Shown here in pieces: positions 25,155 through 36,732 of a stretch of 64,000 bases of DNA (position 1 is its first letter; every line of letters begins with the position of its first letter). The stretch lies in NCBI RefSeq assembly GCF_006345805.1, contig NC_042998.1:122698001-122762000 (forward strand). The letters are read 5' to 3'. The notes beneath the pieces were generated by a model. That model was given only the letters and a program-made list of their open reading frames with translations. It ran no database searches and was not told the origin of the DNA. Made by a program: the position numbers and the translations under genes. Source of the stretch: Octopus sinensis. Its lineage: Eukaryota.

Positions 25155-28034
25155 AAAGTATGTATGCATATGTTATTACGTTTCTGGGTATTTTAGCGTA
25201 TAATTTAGTGTGCCCGTGAATTATCATCCATACTGCAACCCACAATATTCGTGCGAATCCGTCTGTCAGTCCATTACCTAGATTCCAACTAGAGAATATT
25301 TCCCGGAGTCACTGAAGTTTCAATGGTTATATAGTAAATATATCTGATTTCAATATTGAAAATTTTGCATTTTATTTACTAGGTAAAAATGCACCATTTT
25401 TGATTTTCGTAAGTTAGATTTGGAAATTATGATGGTATAGTAAGTTATGCACATGGGAAACGTATAAATCAGCACTTCTTTCGGTTATATCTTGGGAGAA
25501 TATATACTAGTGGAACATGTGTCAACGAGACATATCATTTCGTGGTGACCCACTATAAGTGATGAGACGTATCTGTTCTGTTGCTTAATTATGATCAGGG
25601 AGTAATGCCAGTAGCCGGATGAAGTACATTGCTCTTTCGACAGGCTCTAACTTTTCTGAGAATATATGGTTGAATATATTTTTGCTTCGTCTGTTATATC
25701 AATGATACCCCAGAATTAAAAGGTGAATATAATAGTAAATGTAATCCCTTATTAGTTTAGTCTATTCTACAATATTTGTTTTTTCTAAAAATATAGTAAG
25801 AGAACTCTAGCTCCTGGTTTCCACTAGTTTTTTCAGAAAATTCGCAATCCCAATAGCAATGTATTTTTTCTACTAAAGGCTACAAAAAAAAAAAAAAAGA
25901 AATATACGCACAAATATTCGCATTCACATCTGCATCAAACTTCATGTATATACTTGATCTTTTTCTGTATTACCCTCTTTCTCTCTTTCATCTTTTTTCA
26001 TTTGATATTTTTCAGATAAATAGCTTTGAAACCTTATATATTGTTCCATTTCCCTTAACGTCCTTGCATTACGCTTTCAGTGTGAAGGGATGGAATTCTC
26101 AGGCGAAAATCGATCTCTTCTAGAACAATATGGCATAAAGGTGCAATTAAAAAAAAACGGATAAAGACAAAACAATATCAAGTAAACAGTCACACATTGT
26201 AAAACAAATGTTAAACCTGCTTTTCTGAGGTATTCAACATTGACATTTAAGTTACAATTTGCGTAAAGGTTAACATTAACAACAAAAGGTTTTTATGTAG
26301 AAGGAATAGATTTGCCTTGAAATGTAGCGTTCCATCAATTCTGCAGCACCATTGAACCAATAGATGAGCGCATTACAACGTCACTTCAGATGGTAGAAAA
26401 TGAAAGGTTGTATGCTCTCAGAGTTATAATAGGAAATTGAAAACAAATGACGATATCTTATACAGGAACACAATCCTTGAAAACAAAAGAAAGTATTTAA
26501 AAGAAAGTCAGTGGAATTTCGTTCATTATGAATTACCAAATTTCAGATATTCAATAATGGGGTTGGTGATTTCATTATATTGTCTTTCTTGTTAAACAAT
26601 TTCTATTTCTATTAGCTCTTTCCTTCAGATGAACAGAAACATTTGAAAAATATAATGGGCAATAAAAGAAGCCATTAAACGTAATTGGAGAATACATACC
26701 AGTGTGATGTCTCAGAAATATCCATATAAATTGAAATTATATGCGGGCAGATAAAACACTCCATCTTATGTGCCGATTTTGTATATTATAAAATATAGTT
26801 ATTTTCCATGTTTTCAACAAAAAAGTGCTTTACAAGGTTGAAATATATACCATAACTTTGAAACATGTGATGATGGGAAAAGTTTTTCTTTAGAAACAAT
26901 TCTACATTATTTAAGACAGTGGAAATGAATATTTTTCTAACTTATAATACCTTCTGAAAGTATTTCATACAACTATCTTTTGTCATTAATACTCATGGTG
27001 ACGGTATCAAACGTGTACATAGTTACTTTAAAACATAAGAGAAGAGAAATAGTGTGCTGAGCTTATTGAGTGTCGGCTGTCTTGGTGGTACCAACATATA
27101 TAAAAGTATTCAAATAAACGGCAACAGTACTTCTTATGTTTTTCTGTCTTCATAAAATAAATGATAATAAATCAATGGATAAATAATTCTTTATCTATAA
27201 AGGGTTATGGGAATCGATCAATGAGGCCATAATTGTTTCTCCAGTTTGCTGTTTCAAATATCATTTCTAATACGTGAATTATGGTTAGTCTACTCTCTTA
27301 TTACACAATACTACGTATTTAGTCAGGTTAGTGTTGGCGTATTTCATACAAAGAGATTAACAATTTCACTAGAAATAATGATGGTATAAAGAAAAACAAT
27401 GATTAATAGTTTTATTACTTCAGCTAGTGCAGCGAACAATTCTGCATATGTTTCTGGCTTAAATAATGACTTTATCAGTGAAGCATTGACTTTACTATTC
27501 TTTCCGAAAGTCTTAATTTATGCGTCTGCATTTTTGTTGATGGAGAAACAGAGACATGTTTAAAGTATAAATGATTCTAAGATGTAAACATCGCAAAAAA
27601 GTAACACCTAATTTTAGCGTTAAAATATTTCGCTATGAAGTGCATCAAAATTCTTGTCAAATTATTTTTATATAAATTTTATCTTCATATATTTGATGAG
27701 TGACAGGTTATGTAACATGAACCATCAATACTTCTGCCGAATTCTCAACATCAGATAGCTTGAGGTGAAAGTAAAGTTTAACCTCCATATTTGCGTAAAG
27801 AATTTCTGTTAATACCTAGACCTAGGTGAGCTCAAATTCACAAGGATTATGATAAACCTGTGCAGAAAGATAATGTGTCATTTGCACCTATTACTTGAAC
27901 GCAGAATTGTTAGTGATTTCATATATGTTGGGGCAGATATACACTGTCGTACACCACAAGCATATATATGTGTGTGTGTGTGTATGAATGTAAGTATGTA
28001 TGTATATATGTATGTATTCTTCTTTTTCTTCTCT

Positions 28035-28188
28035 TAATTGTTTCAGTCATTTGACTGCGGCCATGCTGGAGCACTGCCTTTGGTCGAGCAAATCGACTCC
28101 AGGATTTATTCTCTATAAGCCTAGGACCTATTCTATCGGTCACTTTTTCCGAACCGCTCAGTTACGAGGACGTAAACACACCAACATG

Positions 28189-28190
<2 letters not shown>
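28035..28190 (-). mobile_element. SINE family B tail
   Basis: TTGTTTCAGTCATTTGACTGCGGCCATGCTGGAGCAC...CCGAACCGCTCAGTTACG; another tail (plus strand) lies at 29090-29240. Confidence 0.8.
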
Positions 28191-28245
<55 letters not shown>

Positions 28246-28399
28246 ATACATGTCTATATATATATGTATGTATGTATTTCTGTATGTATGTGCGTGTATA
28301 TAGTTTTAATGTAGACAATAAATTCTGGTATTTTTTCGATAAGCATTTCATAATATGCCCTAAATAAAGGAAGACTTTTTAAAAGACACTCGATTAAAA

Positions 28400-29090
28400 T
28401 GTTACATTGCTGCTGTCCTAGTATGAAAAACATTATCACTCGTAAGCATCACCAAAAGCCCACTCCCTAAAACTTACCCATTTAACCACCTGTATATGAT
28501 AAACTCCGTCGTATATGAGGCAGATGTCACAGCAATGCTTCAAGATGACGTAAACGAAAAGAATGATTACAGTGGGTTATGCAAAGGCGGTTTCAAAATA
28601 CGTTATGTAAACCACTTTTCTGCTTTCTGGCACATCGGCAGAACTAAAGCCACTATGCTGGCTTGCCACGTATGGGGTCTGAAGACCAACTGCATACCCC
28701 ATATAATCAAGTGGATAATCGTAGACAAATCAGTGTCATATGTTAATGGATTAAAGAAATGCAAAATATGCATAACTGAAAGATCGCACATTCCTATTAG
28801 ACCTAAGAATCCCACTGTACTATTGAACTCCAGATCCGAAATTTCCAGCAAATGCAAAGTATATGGACAAATTTCTTTTGCAGAACTGGTGGAAACCACC
28901 ATCTACGGATTGAACAGATGCCTCACAAATTTTGGACCCTTCTGTGTTGAATTATTCTGCAACACCTAGTTTAATTATGGTTTCACAGGAAAGGATACAC
29001 TAGTCTAATTTTGTTTCTTTTCTTTTTCCTTCCACTCTTTGTATCTAACTTCTTCTCGTGATTTCTCTTGTACCACCTCTTCCCGTAACC
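28400..29090 (+). mobile_element. Penelope-like element C-terminal GIY-YIG endonuclease plus 3' UTR
   Basis: ORF 28496-28969: NSVVYEADV...YSGLCKGGFKIRYVNH...IKWIIVDKSVSYVNGLKKCKICITE...LLNSRSEISSKCK. Confidence 0.8.
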
Positions 29091-29261
29091 TAGTGGTTCA
29101 GTAAAATTAGCGACGGAGTAATTATCAGGCTTAAAAAGATGTTCTGGAGTCAATTCATTGGACGAGAATTCCTCAAGGCGGTGCCCCAGTATGGCCTTAG
29201 TCTGATGATTGAAACAAGTAAAAGATTAAAATAAAAGATAATATATATATTTATATATATA

Positions 29262-30538
29262 CACAGACATGCAGGAAGTAAATAGACACCTTTAATCTTC
29301 AAAGTTTCTGATCTAAGCGTCTTAATATGTTTTCAGCGGTGTAGAATTTATGATGTAATTATTCTTTTTCATTCCAGGTGCGATTATATTAAACATTTGC
29401 GAAGAGTAATTATGCCGCACACAAAAAAGTCTGCAGAACTGTCAGATTTTCAAAGAGGTCGTATTGTTGGGCAATCAGAGGCTGGTCTTGGCCAGCGAAA
29501 AAATGCCCAAAATCTTCAAATTCCTCTTGCTACTGTTAGTAGAATTATAGTGCAATTCAAAAGACAAGGTAAAGAATCAACAGATTCTCGTCCCGGCCGA
29601 CCTGAGCCCTCGGAAAGGAGGCTTCGCTGTTTGAAGAGAATTGTGGAAAAAGAACCCCGTTCGAAGGCTTCTGACATTGCAAAACAGCTAGGAATTAGTC
29701 CAAGAATGTGTGTTACATATCTGCATAAGCTTGGGTATTATGGACAAACAGTTAGAAGAAAACCTCTTCTTCAACCAATTAAAATCATGAAAAGAAAGAA
29801 ATGGGCTATGGAGATGTCAGAAAAATCCAGTTCATTTTGGGATAGAGTGATTTTCTCAGATGAATCCAGATTTGTATTATTTTCAGACAATGAACGTGTT
29901 TGGGTCTGGAGAATTCCCAATCAAGAATTTGATTTGAAACTACTCCAGCCAACTGTGAAACATGGCGGTATCTCTGTAATGGTATGGGGAGCTGTCACCA
30001 GCAATGGTCATTCTGAGCTGATTGAATGTGTTGGAACCATAAACTCTGAAAAATACATCGAAACATTTAAGCAAGGACTACTTCCGATCTATTCACTCGA
30101 TAACATAACGAAAAATGAAATTTTATTCATGGAAGATGGGGCTCCATGCCACACAGAGAAAAGGAATCAACAATGGCTGACCGAAAATATGATCAAAAAC
30201 CTCCCTTGCCTGAACGAATCTCCTGACATGAAGCCAATTGAAAATCTTTGGCGCATGCTAGATAGAGCTATACGAAAAACTCGACAAAAACTTAAATCTA
30301 AAGATGAATTGTTTCGATTGTTGCGTGAAAAGTGGGCAGAAATTCCACAAGAGACAATCACAAAGCTCGTCAGTTCAATGTCAAAAAGAGTTCCTGAATT
30401 AAAAACTGCAAAAGGAATGTCAACTAAATACTAAAGTATGTAGTCCTACCTATTGATTACATTTCAATTGTTCGCTTTGCGTATTAAATAAAAGATTTTG
30501 AAAATTAAAGGTGTCTATTTACTTCCTGCATGTCTGTG
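29262..30538 (+). mobile_element. Full-length Tc1-family DNA transposon (1277 bp)
   Basis: Perfect 35-bp TIRs CACAGACATGCAGGAAGTAAATAGACACCTTTAAT (29262-29296 / 30504-30538); TA target duplication at 29260-29261 and 30539-30540; single transposase ORF. Confidence 0.97.
29412..30434 (+). CDS. Tc1-like DD34E transposase, 340 aa, uninterrupted ORF
   Basis: ATG at 29412 (MPHTKKSAELSDFQRGRIVG). Paired-like HTH with GRP motif, VRRKPLL, and the catalytic triad FSDES / MEDGAPCH / SPDMKPIENLW with 34 residues between the second D and E; ends AKGMSTKY. Confidence 0.93.
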   Translation: MPHTKKSAELSDFQRGRIVGQSEAGLGQRKNAQNLQIPLATVSRIIVQFKRQGKESTDSRPGRPEPSERRLRCLKRIVEKEPRSKASDIAKQLGISPRMCVTYLHKLGYYGQTVRRKPLLQPIKIMKRKKWAMEMSEKSSSFWDRVIFSDESRFVLFSDNERVWVWRIPNQEFDLKLLQPTVKHGGISVMVWGAVTSNGHSELIECVGTINSEKYIETFKQGLLPIYSLDNITKNEILFMEDGAPCHTEKRNQQWLTENMIKNLPCLNESPDMKPIENLWRMLDRAIRKTRQKLKSKDELFRLLREKWAEIPQETITKLVSSMSKRVPELKTAKGMSTKY

Positions 30539-30792
30539 TACACACCCTCCCATATGCGAGCGGGCACACATACACACACATTTATAATTGCGTAAATGAT
30601 CAACATTTGTGCGGGTATTACTATTGAGGAGGTGATGGAGATGAGAATGATCCTAAACATTATTTTGCTCATGATAATGATAATGGCGTTGATATGTGTT
30701 GTACTATCATCAGCATCAGTTTTCTATCATCAATTTGTGTGTTTGTTAGTAGTTAGCAGGTTTAGTTAAATACACACACACGTGTGTGTGTA

Positions 30793-31010
30793 CACGAGAG
30801 CGTGCTGAAAAGTTCCTGGTTTTGGGTAAAAGAGAATACAGAAGGTTGAATTAGTTATGATTTTATCCATATTTCCCTCTCAGATTCACACACTTATTTC
30901 AGCGGTCCTTCAACTTCTCTAAGCCTTCTATAAGAAACCCGGAGGTTGAGCCTCTAACCAGGCCTTTCGCGACACCTTTAAAGACAAGAACTTTTCAGCA
31001 CCTCTTCTTA
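30793..31010. mobile_element. Mariner-type MITE
   Basis: GTGCTGAAAAGTTC (30802-30815) is perfectly inverted as GAACTTTTCAGCAC (30988-31001); ~220 bp long, with TA-containing flanks. Confidence 0.65.
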
Positions 31011-32006
31011 CATATACGCATGTATGTGTATACATGTGTGTGTGTGTGTGCGTATGTATGTAAGCATGTGCATGTATGTGAGTATGTATGAATGAATCTT
31101 TATACGTTTACATGTGTAGTACGTCTCTATATGTGAATAGTCACTATTCTCAGATTAAAAATACTTTAGAAATTCTTTAGTTTAGGAAATTATTGATACC
31201 TCTAGTATTGATCAGCATTTAAAACCAGAATTAAGGAAAGTTAGTTACCGTAAACTCTCTCTTTTATTTGACTGTGTCAATTAAGTCAAAAGTTTAGCTT
31301 CCTTTGGGACAGAACACTTTCAAAATATAGATACACGTGTGCAGAATGTTGTCAAATATAACGTTACCAGCCATCAGTTGATAAATTAATTCATATCGCA
31401 TAAGCGATATTACGACATTAAAAAAACAGACAGATAAACTATGGCTATGAGGATTAGTTATGTTTGATGTTAATATTTAGTGGAAATGATCGAAAATGGA
31501 AACAGCTTCAAGCATTTGTTGGGATTCTGATGCTTTTGATATAATAGAATAGCCATTAACCGAAATATCAAACTAGTTTGATTTAGTATCTTGTAATACT
31601 ACTCACTTCCTGCACATTGAAGACATCTATGAACCCTCAAAGACCTTTGCCCTATGAACTAAGCAATCAAATTTAGTAATTATCTTGTTATTCATCCATT
31701 TATTTCAGATTTTTAAATAGCTTTTTTATTGCTTTCTTTGTTGTTTTGTGGTATGTTTATATATCGGAGCTATTCTGGTTGATCAGAAGGATTTTCTGAT
31801 ATTCAATTAAGTTAGTTGCCTTATTACCAAAGCAACAGACTATTACGTTTTGATGTGAATATATATTTGAAAGAGATGGAGAGAGTAACAGAGATATTTA
31901 TACAGAGAGTGATGTATAGAGAAATAGAGAGAGAAAAAGAGTGGGGGTTGAAATGAAAGAGAGGTGAAAGACAAACATAACACCAGACTCTTGGACAATG
32001 GGGATA

Positions 32007-32081
<75 letters not shown>

Positions 32082-32469
32082 CAGATACATATAAATGAAG
32101 AAATATATAAAAATGACATCAGACTAGTGCAGTCAACGGCTATATTGGAGCTTTTTTTTCTTTTGAGGTAAGTATGAATGTCGCAAAACATCGTTTCATT
32201 TTTATATTTAAATTTGATAAGGTTACATCTAGCAAATTTCTTATGAGATTTACTTAAGATGCAGAAAATGCATACAACCTTTATTTCATTATTAAAGTTA
32301 TCGTAGAGAACTTTTTCAATGTACCAGGAAATGAATTATACGCGCCGAAATTATAGCAGTACAACTAAAATTAAGAGAAACACCATCTGTTTCAGTTTCA
32401 GCAGTTCAAATATCAACTCTCAACTCCAAAGATGTATCGGATGATGTAATTAATGTTCAATTTAATTAT

Positions 32470-34860
32470 TTTTTTTAGTTAATGTACTTTCCTGGTATAG
32501 ATAGGTAGATAGATAGATAGATAGATAAGTTCGTGTAGTAAGATACTCTCTCGATGTCCTGTAATTCAGACCACCCCATGATCTCAGCAGGTAAAATGGA
32601 AAAGGTGTTGCACCGGAGTATGGCGAAGGAGATGCGCTGGAATAGCCGACCTGACTCACGGGGCACACACTTGCGGATAGCTATTTACGTTCCGATAGCG
32701 ATAAGCAGAGATATGGCCCGGGGCCTGACAACGTCGAAGGTCTGTCTCCACTGCCACAAGCTCGACTATAAACCTGTGACAGAGCGACCGATATTTAGCC
32801 AGCGTGCTTTTCTCAACCTGACGAGTAGCGGAGGTGTCACAGCATTTGGCATCCCAGATGAGGAATCTACCGCCAAGTGACGGAAAAATTGTCATGCCAT
32901 CAGGCCTTTTTAGCTTCTCCTCGATCTAGCCCCGCTGGCTTGAGCCGGGAACGGAGAACTGCGTCGTCTAAGCTATATTTTATGATTCTGTTATGGATGA
33001 CATGGCGTGGAAAGCAACGATCACTTTGATAGCGTGACAATGTGTAGAGGCCGAAAGGATTTACACTGGATTCGCAGTGACACTCGTAAGACACACAGAT
33101 CTGGAAGCTAAGTATCCGGGAAACACCGATATGCAGACAGTCGTTGGATACGCAGAAACCCGTTGGATACAGGAGTCGAGATCCGTAAGGAAAGATACGT
33201 GACAGTAACAAGTGGCAGTGTAGAGGATATACAATAACTTTGGTATGGCGAAGTTGTTTCTTAACAAGAACGGTGCTGCGTGAACGTCAATCACATTCAG
33301 TCTCGTTAATCTTTTAAGCTGGCGAAGCTTAGACCTAATGGTGATGGGATGTGGGTGGGGAGAAGTTGGTGCGAATGGAAGGCGGAAAGATCGGCAGCGA
33401 GGATCCGGAGTTCTCTTTCGAGGTTACTGTACCTGGTGAAGTAGTGTATGTACGTCTCAGACGGAAGCTGCAATGTTCTCTGCGTCGTAGTTGACGTTTA
33501 ATGTTACCGCATTGAGCCAAGCTCAAGTTCCCGGGCTGAGCGGTTGTGAGGTTCCCGGAATGAACGGAAACCTGCTAGACAATAATGGTCACTGGATGGT
33601 GGCCCATTTCATTCTGAGAGGATCGGACGTCCACAGAAATGATAGGGAGATAAACGCCAGCAGGGCACAGGCTGAGCTGGCTCTATGTCGTGTAGGACAC
33701 CTTGCGCTCCCCGATCAAACTTGATTCAGTGTGGAGAATCCTATTGACGAGGGTATAGCAAGAGGTCACTGGCGAGAGGAAAGCCAGCAGAGCCAGTGAG
33801 ATCGGAGATCGAGGGCCGAAGCTGCCATATTTGATGTGTAAGGTGGCCTGTTGCCATCCAGTGTCGTCGAACCGAATGTTGCATATCTCTTCAGAGGCCT
33901 GTAGATACAAGCGTCGAGATCCGTAAGGAAAGATACGTGACAGTAGCAAGGGGCAGTGTAGAGGGTATACTATAACTTTGGTGTGACGAAGCTGTTTCTT
34001 AACAAGAACAGTGCTGGGTAAACGTCGATCACATTCAGTCTCGTCAATCTTTCAAGCTGGCGAAGCTTAGACCTGATGGTGATAGGATGGGGGTGGAAGT
34101 GGGGGGGGGGGCTGGTGCGAATGGAAGGCAGAAGCATCGGCAGCGACGATCCGGACATCTTCTTTAGAGGATACCTGTATCTGGTGAGGGGGTGAACGTA
34201 CGTAGGAGACGGAGGTTGCAAAGCCCTCTGCGCTGTAGTTGACGTTCAATTCTCCCACATAGACGAGTTCAACTCGTGGCTGATCCTTTCTAGAGCGGGA
34301 ATCACTGATCGGAAATTGTGGTAAACACTCTACGTGATGTTGAAAGGAGCGGTGATGCTCCGAGTAATGCTGTCCATCCCGAGAGTTAATTGAAGTGTCC
34401 CAATGTTGAACGTTAGTCGATGGTGTGACCTTATTTGAGTTGAGAAGCAAGCTAGGCCCCCATACAAGCCAGCGGGTAGGCAGATGGAACACAGCTAAAG
34501 CAGGCCTGAAGCAAGTGGTCACCTCACATACAATTGAAAGTGTTTGTGATGTCAACCTAGAGAATGAGCTGCTTGAAACCGCTCAACGTCGGCTCAAGAG
34601 GACAGCCAATGAAGAACTGTGTAGCGGCATCTTAAGAGGGATCTTACGAAACCTCCTAAGCTGAGCGATGTTGACCAACGAAGACTGGGCATCAAGCAGG
34701 CATGCAGTCTCATTTGCGGAAAGACGAGGATCCGTGCAGTGTAGAAGTTTGAGCAAGAGGAATAGTGAGGGGACGAAAATGTGCGAAAATAAACAAAATG
34801 AAATGAATGAAATGAAGGGAAAGAGAGCCAACAAGAAATGCTCCCCACCTTTACTCTACT
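32470..34860 (-). mobile_element. CRE-clade-like RLE non-LTR retrotransposon, decayed, with internal duplication
   Basis: GC-rich island. Minus frames give DITNTFN (RT), ALFLLRNSFVTPKL, WQQATLHIKYGSFGPRS, C-x-C knuckle ECHCESSVNPFG, PAGLDRGEAK/MTIFP...LIWDAKCCDT endonuclease, and LFQRISFAILRCN at the C-terminus; (TCTA)n in the 3' UTR. Confidence 0.8.
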
Positions 34861-35400
34861 TTCCTCCCTTAGTCAATCACAGCATGCAATCTGTCCGCAT
34901 ATACATCTTTGTTTGCATGTGACTATATATGTATGCCCAAAATAATAAAAATAAATAGCAATTAAAAATTTACGTCACTCATATACTTTGAATCGTTGAT
35001 AGTTTTACCGAGATTGCACAGATGAGTGCAGTATGCAGGATTTTACCGTGAACCGTGTTGCAAGCACATTTAACATCCTGTATAGCATATGAATTCATTA
35101 TCTTATAAATCTTAAATAAGTTCATTACCTTATAATCATATCATTTAAGCGATGATAAGATATCCCTTATTATGGTACGAATTCATTTATCAAGAAGTGA
35201 TTGGTAACATTATACTCGACACTCGTTATACTCGTAGTTTTACACACAAAATGTTCAGTTCAAAAGGAAAAGTTTTAATTGATGCAATCATTGAAAAGTA
35301 AACATTACTGTGAGTAAGTTAATTCTGGTCTTAATTATAAACTTAAATTGCATTCGAGGAGAACTAGACTATCTAGTCAGAATCTTTATTCTGTATGTAC

Positions 35401-36732
35401 CAGAGTCAAGGGCCTGATAAATGTTGTTGATGGCTTCCTCCTCGAACAATAGCTTTCATCTACATTCTTTACTGATAACCATACTAGACTTTCGTCTGTT
35501 TGAATTATTGTTATTCTTGTGGTGCATTAATTCTTGTTGTGTCTGATATGGTGTATGCAATACTGACAGACGTTGCACTTCATTCGTTTCTATTGAAGGC
35601 AGTATAATTCTCTGGAGTTCGTTGCGATTGTATGGAGAGCACATGCGCTTTCTACCATCTACCACAACACCCATCTAATTTTCCATCTTAAAAGTTTTGT
35701 AGAGGTGATCAAAATTATGGTCAACATTTGTAAATCTAGACAGTTCTCCAGCCTGTTTTCAAAAGTCAGCGATTTGACTTCAATGCATCCATCGTGTCTC
35801 TTTAGGATCATTCGTATGTAGTAGCTGTTTGTAAGGGTCGACACATCATGTACTGGGACCTTGGCCAGAAGTCAACCGGTTTAGGATCGCGCCAGAAAAA
35901 ATTTGTCAGAGACACGCAGTATCGTTCATAACAATCGGGCCACTTCCCCTACGGCGCACATTAGTCGAATCGTTCTGAATATTTCGCTTTGTTTGCTTGG
36001 CATATATTACCCCATTTTCTTCTAAGCATTTCTCAAACTGCATTGATTTGAAGTTGTCCAAAATACCTAATTCTACAAGTAATGAGCCTGAAGACGGGAC
36101 CTCCCTATTTTGAACAACGTGCTTAACTGGCAGCCTCATGGGATTCTTGTCTACATGATCCAACCACATCCAACCAGAGCATTTGACTTTTGGGAAAGAA
36201 GCGTATTTCTTTGTGCTAGTTGCGTTGGTGAAACTGCTGCACTTGGAGTCACTTACAGCAGGTAAACAAGTAACGTCTTTACGCTGTTGAAGTGGTAGCA
36301 TTGTTGTAATGATGGTTGTTGTGGTTGTAGTTCTGGTGGTGGGGGCGATATTGGTACTTTAATCCGGCTGCTTAAGCTATTTGTTTGCCCTATTCCTCTT
36401 GATGTTGGTATTTTGTCCTGTATTTTTTCAACATTCAGTACTATCAATAATTTTTGATTCACCTTCATCGTTGCTTTTTGTTTTTGTTGCTGCTGTCTGG
36501 CAGGTAGATTTTGCTATAAAAAGTCCCGTTCTCTATTCCGTAACGGAGTCTAAGATAGAAGTAATGTTAATGATGTTGCGTTAGTAATAACTTTAAGTGC
36601 GCGAGTGTTTGTCTGTGAAAACAGCAGCAACTTCTTCGCTTCAGCAGGGAACATTGGCAACCTCCACGTTATCCCTACTACAGATATCACGATTACCTTC
36701 TCTCCATGTCCTTTCATCTTTCAGTGTTGATC
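35401..36732 (-). pseudogene. Candidate decayed coding exon of an unidentified gene
   Basis: 1332 nt (a multiple of 3) between AG and GT in phase 1/1, with higher GC than the flanks. One frame has a 131-aa and a 72-aa open stretch and protein-like content (RRRGSGP, RRKSSM, Thr-rich run) but 13 stops. No family recognised. Confidence 0.35.

Noticed and set aside
26081-26140. 60-nt open phase-0 candidate exon (CEGMEFSGENRSLLEQYGIK), and a strong acceptor at 26629
   Set aside because: Weak donor, no recognisable protein and no linkage to other exons.
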